Shown here: piece after piece, positions 1 to 11,400 of the stretch | Layout of the letters: every line of letters begins with the position of its first letter | Position numbering within the stretch: position 1 is the first letter of the stretch | NCBI GenBank assembly: GCA_003344405.1 | Contig: NOWV01000020.1 | Span: forward strand, 558,001-622,000 | DNA from: Trichoplax sp. H2 | Taxonomy: Eukaryota | DNA length: 64,000 bases | Direction of reading: 5' to 3' | Program-made: the position numbers and the translations under genes | Notes under the pieces: model-generated | The model's database searches: none | Seen by the model: the letters and a program-made list of their open reading frames with translations, nothing else | What the model was told of the DNA's origin: nothing

Positions 1-3000
1 CGCAAGAACGTCCATCAACATTTTCTTGCAACGATAGCTCACATACCTGCAATATTATGTTAAAACAACGAAGTTAATTAAAATACTAATTTTTAATGTT
101 GTCATTGCTCGTAAAGTAATGGTTTATAATTTGCATACAGAAAACAAGTAGGTCACATTAGGTTGTAATAGAATCTAAAGCGTTACGATAAAATTTTACG
201 TTTCTATAATTACCATATGCCTAGTTCTTGGGATTGATTGTGAGGGCCTATAGCTAAAAAGGCAATGTCTTGATAAAGGGTCGAATGACATAGAAGTGAG
301 GGAACCTGTAATAAATCAAGTAATATGTAGTACAAGTTTAAGATAAACATAACGACCAATAGCGGATACCTTCTGGCAGTTGTATTTGGTAAGGCACAAA
401 CTCGGATAAATTAGCATTATAGATAAAATAACAGTTCCTAAGAGTTCCTGCTAAGATTCCGGCAGCCCTTCATTGTATTATAAGCAAATAGAATTCATTA
501 CACTGGTTTTGTATAGCTACTTTAGATATTACGATGTAATAATAAAAAACAAAATTAAAAAATATTAAACCAGTTTTATAAAGCCTCTGTCGACATTACG
601 ATGTGGTAATGAAAAATAACGTTAGTTTAAGATATGGTGCACTAATTAAATAATTATTCATCGTAACCCGTAGTACCATAGGTATGCGTAGTACACAGAT
701 AGGTTCTTACCCTAAAGTTGAGCTAGGATTATGAGGTACATAGGCTAGAGACACAACAGGACAATTGCCAGCCTGGATAGCTTTAACATGTTCAGAGGTA
801 TTACGCATGTCATAAACTAAACAGGATCCATTGCTAACACCAGCATATATATAGTTTGTATCCACTGTATTCCAGGCGCATGACCATACAGGCAATTCAC
901 ACTTATAGCTTTGGCGATATTGTGATGATGAAATAAAAATATTTATTTTTATTATGTAGATAATATTTATAACGTGAGATGGTTAAGGTCTCGGAATAAT
1001 AACTTGGTAACTTACGTTTGCACAACATTGTCCGTCGACATGCTAGTAATTTTAAGGGTTTTATCTAGAGATGCGCTCAAGAGCAGATTATCGCCACTTT
1101 GGTTGAATTTAAGGTCTCTGATATCTTTATTATGTAGTTTTAGAAAAAAGGGATTTCGCACATCTAGTGAACTGATCTGCAATGTTATTAATGCAAAGAA
1201 AGACAATACTCAGAAAATTGAAGGCTAGCATAAAAAATCGACTATGTAATAATAGTGTATTTTATGAGATAAACATTTAAATGTTAGAAAAGAACCTTGA
1301 CGATTCCAAAGCCAGGAAATAAGCGATTTTGAGATGGCTTGGAAACTAACAAGTTTGCCGAGCAGACGTCGAATGCCATGACTCTACAGTTTCCTTGCTA
1401 AAAATGCATAATGCATATACGTAGGTAACCATTACACAGTTATGTTACACGACATTTGAGATAGTCAATTTACCATCCACATTATTGAACGTCTAAAATG
1501 GAACAAAGTCCGAATCCATTCTAACCTGTGATATTTGGACAGTAGTCTTATAATGGTAACCGGATGGCATTAATTTTGCCTTTTTAGGCGAATTTTCATA
1601 TAAGTTTCCCTTGGAACTGAAATTAAAAATTAAATGATGAACTAAAGTTATTACAAGTAAAAGTGAATGGAAACTACTACCTGTACAACTTAATGAAACT
1701 TTATGCTAGGTTATTGCGATCACGTTACAAGTTTTAATACCTGCTAGCTGATTGACCTTGATGTTTACCGACATTTCTTTCATCTTCTTGAGCTATCTTT
1801 CTTTCATATTCTTTGTTAACCAATTTAAGTTGTTCTACATGTTGCTCAGCAGCTAGTCGAAGCATTCGTTCTCGTTTCCAGTCTTCTACAGCTCGATCTC
1901 GCTCCGTTGTATCAATCACTTTAATACTTTTAGCGAATAATATTCGTATGTCTGATTTTTTAGAGAGAGCATTGCATTGGGGACATTTCGCAGAATTTCC
2001 TTTCTTGCCATTTAGCCATTTACTAATGCAACTGAGTAATAACACATTATAATAATTAAGAGTAGACATAGAACCTCAGCAGATTTTATCGATTTCCGAT
2101 TACGATAATTAAAGACATAGACCCACAACTTGCACATTGTACAAGTAGTTTCAAATTGTCATAATAAGCGATCTAATCGCCGTAAACTAGTAAATACTGT
2201 GCTATGAGCCATCTTCCTAAAAAAATATTACATGGGTGATTAATATTAAAGGTAACCATTTAGACAACCAAGTCTATTTATATGCTGAAAAGCAGATTTT
2301 CCAATTCACTTTCAGGATAAAGGGATTTAAGCGATGAAAGAAATTCAACTCATTAGGTTTTTTAGGTTATGAGGAATTGGTAGCGTGTGTTTATAGCAGA
2401 TGCTTAATAAATTAGATCAGTAATAGGGTAAAACCTAATGATCTAGAAAAGGTTTACAACAAGCTAAGCCATTAACAATAAAGCTAAAGGCTAGAAAATA
2501 GAAGTAGCCGTTGGCCCTTAACAAGTCATGCCACATCTCATGACTGCATTAAGAGAAACATCAGACTACCTGTACCGTATATTATTGTTAATTGTAGGAT
2601 AGATATAACTATCCATAAAACCAGAAGGAATAGACTTTAATGGTGCACAAATTTAATAATTTTAATCATACAGTTATCAGAGAAGGAAAGTTATGTCATC
2701 ACATGGAATCATCTCGTACCCGAAGCCGAATAAATGACCGCACTTCAAGCAACTGAGTCGATGATCACCAGAATTGGAAAACGGTTCGAAGCAAATGGAG
2801 CAAATCTAGGATAGATTAATTTACGATTAGTCCCTTTACGATTCTTTGATAATTATGGGATAAAGATAATGAATGAGTCGTTGATGTATCATTAGCGAAT
2901 AATCATGAGGTTGCAGATACGAATTACTGTAGGTTTATTCGACATTCCTGTAGCAAGGCTGTAAAGTGAAATATGACAAGGAGTGAACTCACGTCGCCAT

Positions 3001-3202
3001 CGCTTTCATTAGATTTTTCTGCAGATGCTTGGGGTAGTTGATTGGTTTCTTCTTGCTGTCTATTTCCTTGATTGTCGCTAACGTCGTCCTCTTCGCTTTC
3101 AGTCTCAGTACTTTCGTTGGTATATTCATCACTAGCACGATCAGAATTATTGTCAGTCAAGTCGACCACTCGTGGCCCTTGAACTGACGACGTTTGGCTC
3201 AT
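1..3202 (-). CDS. RFWD3: RING finger and WD40 repeat E3 ubiquitin ligase RFWD3, multi-exon, 3' end beyond the left edge
   Basis: Probable ATG at 3202. Exon 3202-2993 is acidic. Exons 2805-2720 and from 2031 join to give the [67 protein letters not shown], matching the RFWD3 pattern GDHRLSxLxCGHLFG...KCPQCN. A coiled coil and WD40 exons follow ([52 protein letters not shown]). GT-AG boundaries. Confidence 0.92.
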
Positions 3203-3644
3203 TCTTCGGTATTCTGGAAACTTCAAAAATGTAACATGGTGATCAGTATTTAATTTTACATTTGGTTTCGCAATCAAGAATTGCTACTAAAATTGCTACT
3301 ACGCCTACTAGCATAAACAAATCTTCATAGTCCTATAAATCGTAAAAATCATCAAACTCATCATAATCGCCAAAATCGTCCATGACATACAATAAATGCA
3401 TTCAATTATCACGACAGCTTCGATTACGGGGTAAAATAAAATACACCATTGGAACAACTACTCCACTCGTTGTTAATACTACCAATGGTAGCATTTTCAC
3501 AGTGTGGGTATTGAGCGTAAATAAAGTTTTTGAACAGTTACCGTTAATATAATTCAGGGGTCTCAATCGGTGTTATTTTAGAGATTAATAATAGAAAGGT
3601 ATCAATTTTCGTCTAGCGATGATGCACAGTATGCGTTCGTGAAC

Positions 3645-3833
3645 TCTACTGTACACTAGATGGTCAGCATGTGACGTACCAAGTCCAACATTGATCGAAA
3701 AAATTGTTGACAGAAAGGAATTTATTGTGCAGAAAGTAGACGATGCTTTTATACAGATATACTGTACTGTGCTATGATAAAGTACAGTATATGTACTGTA
3801 AGTGTCATCTTCTCAAGTACAGCATGTACAGTA
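3645..3833. promoter_or_regulatory. GTAC/TACAG-rich tract upstream of RFWD3
   Basis: Clustered tactgtactgt, agtacagta, tgtactgta and tgtacagta units 450-630 bp upstream of the RFWD3 ATG. Promoter role is inferred from position. Confidence 0.5.
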
Positions 3834-4715
3834 TGTCTGAAGGAATGTGTCCTAACTAGGCGTTAGATCCACTTATTAGTGAACTTTGTAATTTATGAAA
3901 GCTTGAGACTGAAAGACATCCACATCGCTCGAGCTTCAAGCCGATTGTCCATAAATATAAGCGTAAGGATGCATGTTGACACCGGGTTGTCCTATCTACG
4001 TATAAGGCAGTTGGATATTTACAAGAACGTGGTCATTTTTCGTGCTTCATAGCTTGAGCATTAAAACACCATTTAAGGTGTTCTCCTAACGAAGGACAGT
4101 GGTAATACGATGAAGGATTTTAGAAGTCGTACAAGTCCTCTGCTTGTCATCAAGACGTGGCGAGTTGAGAAAGTTGGTAACAGGTCATGGTAGATCCTAC
4201 TAGATGAGAACACTGCAATACATAATAGGGGGACCTGAAGTGATACTAGCTACTTTGACAGACGATCTAGGCGTAATATGACTGTATGCCTTGCTGTAAT
4301 CCTTTCGGTGCGGCCAACCAATTCTCCTTAAGCTTGTTCATGGCGATGGTTAGTTAGGGCCTTAGCCTTTAAGCGAGGTAGGCTGTAGACATGGATCTAC
4401 CCTACGTCCATTCTACTGTACTGGCTTAAACTACAGCGTAATCCATGCATTTTCGCTATAATCAACAGGCATTATCGGATCATATTTGCTTTGTGACTGG
4501 AAGGGATGGATCGCTTGGATCAATCCCAACCATTCTATCAATCTATTGCAATTTACCTGTTCAATTTCTCTTTCAAGGCAGGCGTTGCAGAATAAGAGTA
4601 GAATGGAAACAAGTTTAATCTCATCGCAGTCGCGAAGGGCTAAGTCCGCCAATCTGCACAGGAAGATTTTGAACCTGCGCAGGCGTAGATGGCGTTGTGC
4701 CATTATCAATGAGCG

Positions 4716-4965
4716 TACAGTGTACAGTGCCAACAGTGCTACCGTGGTATCGTAACTCCAGAATACTTTGTACTGTACTATACCACAGTCGGAAATTTTC
4801 CCTTACTACAGTATGTACTGTACACTCTACAGTACATACTGTACTGTACGGTACTGTACTGTAGTCTGCAGGTTGGGAACTCGGCTGACGAGCAGCCGAG
4901 CCTGGTTGCTCGGAGACCTACAGTAGGGCAGTACTTAGCAGTGAGAGCTCGTTTTGCCATCTTAG
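4716..4965. promoter_or_regulatory. GTAC-rich tract and probable (bidirectional) promoter of DNMT2
   Basis: Dense tactgtac/tacagtac units at 4770-4866. YY1-like GCCATCT cores on both sides: + strand about 4956 and - strand about 4693. Confidence 0.55.
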
Positions 4966-5137
4966 GTGCTAGTTGCAAGTAGTTCGTGATTTGGTGATAG
5001 AAATATCAAAGCGATAGGTTAGATACTGTAAGGTGATGACGAATTGATGCAGTTGTTATGGTAATATCAATGAGTTTATTATGATGCCCGTTGTGGGAAT
5101 GATCATCTAATAACTTGTACGCAATATTGTCGTAATC

Positions 5138-8100
5138 ATGTCGTCTGCTCGAGGTCAAGTAATGCAGGTAGTGGAGTTTTACAGTGGCATTGGAGGCATG
5201 CATTATGCAATACAAGGTAGATAGACATAATTCAATCATACTCACTGCTCCATAATTTAGAATAGTGAATAGTATACATAATTTTACCTACATTTGTACA
5301 ATCGAGGATTGTACAAGAGCAAATTAATAGTATAAATCAGTAGACAGTAATATTATCTTTAAAATGACAGTAGACGAATGGCTCCAAAATAAAAATATAA
5401 TATAGACTATGTGGAATAATACAACACAAGCAATTACTAAGTCGTACTTGCTAATTTCCTACAGAGAGTAACATCAATGCAAAAATTTTAGCGGCCATTG
5501 ACATTAACACTGTTGCAAATAATGTCTACCGTCATAACTTTGGCAATACACCAGTATGGCAGCGAGAGATAGGAGTAAGAATCGATTTTATTGAGTATTC
5601 AATTACTTTGTAAAGATCAATCAATGATTAATGTACAATATTGACGGTGTGTCTTTTTTGGTCATAAAACATTAATGGAACGTAATACAATCATGATCAA
5701 TCAAAATGAATGAGCAGAAAATATCGTTGAAAGAATTACAAGAACTTAATGGTGATTTATATACTATGTCGCCTCCTTGCCAGCCTTTTACAAGGTTTGA
5801 TAAATAAATTAGGATAGAATAATCATTTAATTACCTAGAACATGGAGTTATCTCAATGATTGTCTCGCAGTAAACTAGAGTTATACTAACGTAGTTGATT
5901 AACCATTTATCTTTTTCTACGTTTTACTATAAAATATCTTTTCAAAAAGGCTTGGTAAAAAAGCGGATGTTAACGATGCTCGCACCAGCAGCTTTTTACA
6001 TGTTATTGATTTATTGATAAAGTAAGTCAATTGGATAAGAATTATCATCACTTCATTTATTGGACATTAAGAGATGTGGCTATACTGTACTTTCAAATTA
6101 ATTAATCTTTAGCCAAACTTGTATTGACTTTTATTAACCTGTATTAGAATGGAAAACCCTCCAAAGTATATTTTGTTAGAGAATGTAAAAGGTTTTGAAA
6201 CTTCCGCAGCTAGGTTAGTTATTGAACAGATTGATAATGTCATTTATCTATTGTTTATATGAAGGCTAATAAAATAACTAAATCGGCTTCCATATTATTA
6301 CTGAAATTATTCTTGTGTTAGCAGATTATTTGCATTTTCCAAATTGAAAGGGATTGATAAATTATGTTTTTAGAAATGCCCTTATTTCAGCCTTGAAACA
6401 GCGTAATTATTCCTATCAAGTAAGCATTAGGGCTAATATTTTCTTGTTATACTTGATTACCTTGATACGTAAAAGTATTGTAGTTGTTAGCTTCACATGC
6501 GAGCATGTGTTACATAGGTAGAGATGTAATGAAATGTAAATTCTCTCATGCGTTTGTTTATTTTGATATTTTTAACCTGATTTTTGGCTATACTGTCGTT
6601 ACAGGAGTTTTTATTGACACCATTACAGGTACGCTAATGTCAATTCATGCACTATAAATCTTATCAGCTATTGTATGATAGTGAGTAAGACAAATTGCTA
6701 ACACTATCAACAAAAACATAGCTAAATAATTTATGTTACATCATAATCACAACTAGCCAATAACTAAACGTACATAAAGGTATATTGTTTCTTCATTACG
6801 CTTTGATTTTGTCCAGTTTGGGATACCAAATTCTAGATTAAGGTATTACATAATTTGCACAAGAGATGCAAACTTGTCATTTCCTACAACAGAAGAGGTA
6901 CGGTAGATTTTCTTGTATTTATTAGTTAATATAACTATATCTTTCTGTTAATTCCTGCGACTATTGTTATCATATTGTACAATCTCATGGAATTTAAATC
7001 CGTGTCAATTTGATATCGTAATTTGACTCTGATAATTATAATTTATATTCGGAAATGACTCATTACATAATTATGTATAGAGGAAATGATAGAATCTCTT
7101 TTAGAATACATTTTTACTGCTATTAAGGGAATGATTACGTTTCATGACAAGCTATCTATTGTATCCTATTTTTATGAAATATGAAACTCATATCGCTTGA
7201 TGCATTCGGTAATGCAAAAGGTTATGATGGAACTTCCGAATTTCGGTAAAAGGATGAAATACTTAACTTAGAGTTTTACCGCGGTCAAGTGTACTGGACT
7301 GCGCACAAATACTGACGTTCTTGTACTTTAACCCAATTGATCAATCAAAATTTGGTCATCAGCCATGTCTTATACGAATTCCAATGTCCTATTTTGATAA
7401 TACAGGCCAAGTCAGTAAGGTCAGATGTGTTTCGGACTTTATGGAAAATTTGACAAATCATAGTATCCAATCATATTTCTTGCCGCAATCAACAATAGAG
7501 CGATTTCTTAAAGTATTAGGTAGTGTGGTCCTATATTTTTTATTACTCATACGCGCCGTTATTAATAGTATTGAACTAGATGTTATTTTAGATTATTTAA
7601 GTATTTTCTATTTAATTTTAAGATGTTGTGAAACCCGATTCGCAAAGATCATGCTGTTTTACTAAATCGTAAGCCAAGTATTATCATTATTTATGAGCTA
7701 ATCGCTTAGATATTAAATTTACTTTGCAAGCGTATCATTTCAGAGAAAAAATAATGCATTTTTTATTCAAGAAATTTCTTACAAGTAGTCATTAATATTA
7801 GATCATTTTTCCAACTTGAAAAATTTAGTTACTTCCATTACGCCGAAGGAACAGGATCGGTATTACAAATAACAAACCCAATTTTAGTAAGTACTGCAAT
7901 TGACATTAAAGTTTTCATACAATATATTAAATTAAATATATAAAATGATAATATTGTTAGATAAAGTATAATGTGCACAAAAATGAATGCCAATAATCAG
8001 AATATTAATCTTACAATTTATAGGATAGCAATCTCAATTTGAAAATTAATGATACTTCCAATGATGATAACCAACTATTACAGCATCTTAAACTTCGATA

Positions 8101-8251
8101 TTTTACACCTAGAGAAGTCGCAAATATTCATTGCTTTCCAGTACATTTTAATTTTCCTGAAAATGCTACTAAAAAGCAGTGTTATCGTCTTTTAGGAAAT
8201 AGCCTTAACGTTCATGTAGCGTCAGAGTTATTAAAATTGTTAATTACATAA
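5138..8251 (+). CDS. TRDMT1: tRNA (cytosine-38 C5) methyltransferase DNMT2/TRDMT1, about 13 exons
   Basis: Exon 1 5138-5216 MSSARGQVMQVVEFYSGIGGMHYA (motif I), then AAIDINTVANNVYRHNF, catalytic MSPPCQPFTR, ILLENVKGFE, EFLLTPLQ-FGIPNSRLRYY, the DNMT2-specific SCCFTKSY..YAEGTGS, and C-terminal LRYFTPREVANIHCFP..YRLLGNSLNVHV. Stop at 8251. Confidence 0.96.
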
Positions 8252-8463
8252 ACTTATTCCAATATAATTTGTTAGTAGTAATTCAACACCTAATAAGTGT
8301 AATCGAAATTTGACCAAGCGTAAGTTAAATATTATTATATTATTAAATTATACATTTAAAGTAATATAGGCAATATTATTAATAAATAAATTCTGTCGAA
8401 AAAGAAAAATATGTATTTCCATGCTTAGGACAAATTGTAAGTAAGTCCTGTTTTTCGTTACTA

Positions 8464-11400
8464 TCACGTTACCGTTGGATTTCCAACAAGAAGTCGATGC
8501 TTACGTTTAGTTAAGAATACATAAATCGTAGAAAAAGATTTTAAGCATATAGAATAGGTTTTAATGTTCAAAAATTTTCTCGTCAAGAGTATATGTAGGT
8601 ATTATATATAAGTTTAGAAAGCAACTGACGAATTGGTTTCTATCAAAGGATATGATTGCTTGTTAACTTTCTGGCGAAGTATACTTATAACCACAAAATC
8701 AGCAGTGTAAAATTCTAATTTAAGAATAGAGAGCAAGTTACAATGAGACAGAGGCAGTTATTCTGTAATTGTAAAAATCACAAATTACAGATTCTAATAG
8801 TTATAAAGTCAGAACTTACCGATCGAATGTCGACGCGTTCTTATGTTGAAGCATTCGTCTTTATCCTTAGGGCACGATATTATAAATAATTCCTTCTGTA
8901 TTAAGTTATCATAAAAATTACAAAATTCAGACAATTCCAGTATTGGGAAGCAATTGTTTATGTAATACGCACACATGAATTAACGTCCATCAAAATCTTG
9001 ATAGCAAGTGTGTAAGTAACCACCTATAATAAATATATAGAAAGCATCAAGCGAAATAAGTGAAAACTAAATTTTATTTACAGTCTATAATACACTGTTG
9101 CATACAATTACCGCATCTCATTACTAAAGTCAATTTACGTTTAAAATTAATATTACCTCTCCTCCATTGTAATGGATTATATTGTTCATCGTCTGCAAGT
9201 CTGGCTTGACATTCCTTGTTACGTAAAAGGTCATATCCTACAGCCATGTTGATGACGACATTTTAAGAGTTACATGTCAACATTAAGTAAAATAAGAAGG
9301 GCAACTTACAGATTCGTACGATTGATACGCAATATTTCGCAACAATTACCTCGAATACAGGTCGTAACGTAGCCATCTGTAAGGACTTTCTTAGGGAAAA
9401 GCTGTAATATTTTTCTGTCGACATGTCAATCACTTCAAATTGAGTTTCATCTGTTGATTTAAAGGTTAATGGCGTCACGTAGATTCTTCAACTGTCTAAA
9501 TCTCAAGGTAACGTTATACCTGCAAAACTTCCAAGACGATAACTTTGCTCTACCCATTCTGACCTTATTACGTGTCGGCACGTAGCGAAACAGCATAAGA
9601 ATTTCTCCGTACGGGTAATCTGATACACACAACATAAATATGAAGAAATATGAAAATCGGCGGATTTAGTAATTCCAAAGATTCAATGACATGCTGAGTA
9701 GTTGTCTTAGTGGACCTTTTGGGTAATTAAATGAGTGCACTTTCGAAAATCTTCTGTGATCGTCGCTCCTAGGTAACTCAGCATCTATAAGCCAGATTCA
9801 CATTAATACGCTTATTTATGTAGGTGCATCAGATTGCTATAATATGTAAAAATATACTTTCGCTAATTTTTCGGATTCAACTTTATCAAGACCAGTTATG
9901 ACAGCTCGCACAGTTCTTATAGGCAGATCATCGTTGACGTCAACACATCGACTCATATGGCTATTCCTGTTTGATTTAAGTAAACTTAAAGTGTTTTCTA
10001 ATGCTTTAGGTGTAATACATTGTCATAATACTGCAATATTAGCTCATTACATTTCGCTATTGGATCCCCTCTTTTTCCTCCGTACTGTAAAAATCTGCGG
10101 AAATAAGGTAAGCAATATAATCATCCTCAATAACAATGTTACAAGGAACAGAGATTAGCAACACATTGACATTTTACTATCTTCAAAACTGCAGCTAGAT
10201 TGGCTCGCTTAAAATTAATTAAATGACTTATGTTTAAAAACGTACGTCATCATCATCGCTATCACTTGTTGAATGATTTCTTTTCTTTGATTTCCAAATT
10301 CCTATCAAGGATAAGGTGGTTTTTTAATTTTTAAACATTTACATTCTAAGCAAGGTTATTCACTACAAAACAACTAACTTAGTATTGGCTCGTTGCATTC
10401 GTATTCCAGACTCATTTCATTTGGTTTACCAAACTGGATGTAGCGCTCCATGGCACAAGGCGCAACAATACCAGCTGTAATATTAACAATTAACGTTTAA
10501 GCTTTAGATCAATAATTATAGTTGACTGTGAATGCAACCAAAAATTGATAAATTTTACATACTATTTAAGATATCTGCTAGCCATTTGCAATTTACGGTA
10601 AATATTCGCCATTCTTTAGCTTTAAAGAATTTTTCTCCCGATGGGCTATAGAAAATGGTAAAGAAAAGAGTTACTATCCGGGAGTAATCCGGTATCAAGC
10701 AAAATGTTTTGACGGTACACTACCTTTTACATATCAAATGGGTATTTTTTCTACTTAAATGAGGTGTATAATTAGCTCCAATAGCATTGATAATCATTTT
10801 AACTTTGTCACGTTCTTTGCCAGTGTATCCGGTTACAGCAATTACCTAATTCAGAGATATCCTTCGATAAGCAAAAATACACCATTGGTAATCTAATCTA
10901 CACCGCCACAGTACATTACCATTTCTTTACAGGCGTCAATTATATACTTTGATGGTACAGGTATCTGCATGCAATCGCGGGGTGTAAAAATTTCCTCTTT
11001 CCGCAACACATCATTCAACCAACAAATCGTGGCAATCTTTTTACCATCACGAAGTGCCTAAAAGACAGAACAGGTACAACTAAGGTATGGCTGCGATAAG
11101 TTAATCGCAGTGAGTCTTAGATATTGATACTATTGTATTTTTACTTACCAGCTTATAAGTTTCACTCATTCTATCGTAGCACAGTATATGTGTACATTTT
11201 TGGCTGTATTTATCCACTGTCTCTCCGCCACGTTCGGCAATTGCCTATATCAAAATTAATGGTATGAATGCTTGAGTAGAATGCAACTGGCTTTATTACG
11301 TTTTTTCAGAACTTTTGATCTCATATATTATAGCAAGGAAAAATAAAAATCACCATGATCATATACCTAATTTAATAGTGTATAACTTATAACTGATCTT

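Noticed and set aside
300..370. RFWD3 donor GTATCCGC as a possible U12 intron
   Set aside because: It lacks the TT at +7/+8 and a properly placed branch consensus, and the 3' end looks like an ordinary U2 acceptor.
3333..3383. Short acidic ORF MDDFGDYDEFDDFYDL upstream of RFWD3 (minus strand)
   Set aside because: It ends in TAG, is out of frame with RFWD3 and has no compatible donor. It looks like a degenerate GAT/TTT repeat; a uORF role cannot be supported from sequence.
3896..3912. gaaagcttgagact resembles the RNase P RNA P4 5' strand
   Set aside because: No matching distal P4 3' strand or other conserved regions were found at a suitable distance.
4348..4360. Possible telomerase RNA template (minus strand gccctaactaacc)
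   Set aside because: Only CCCTAAC (7 nt) matches a TTAGGG template, and I could not identify a pseudoknot, CR4/5 or H/ACA end.
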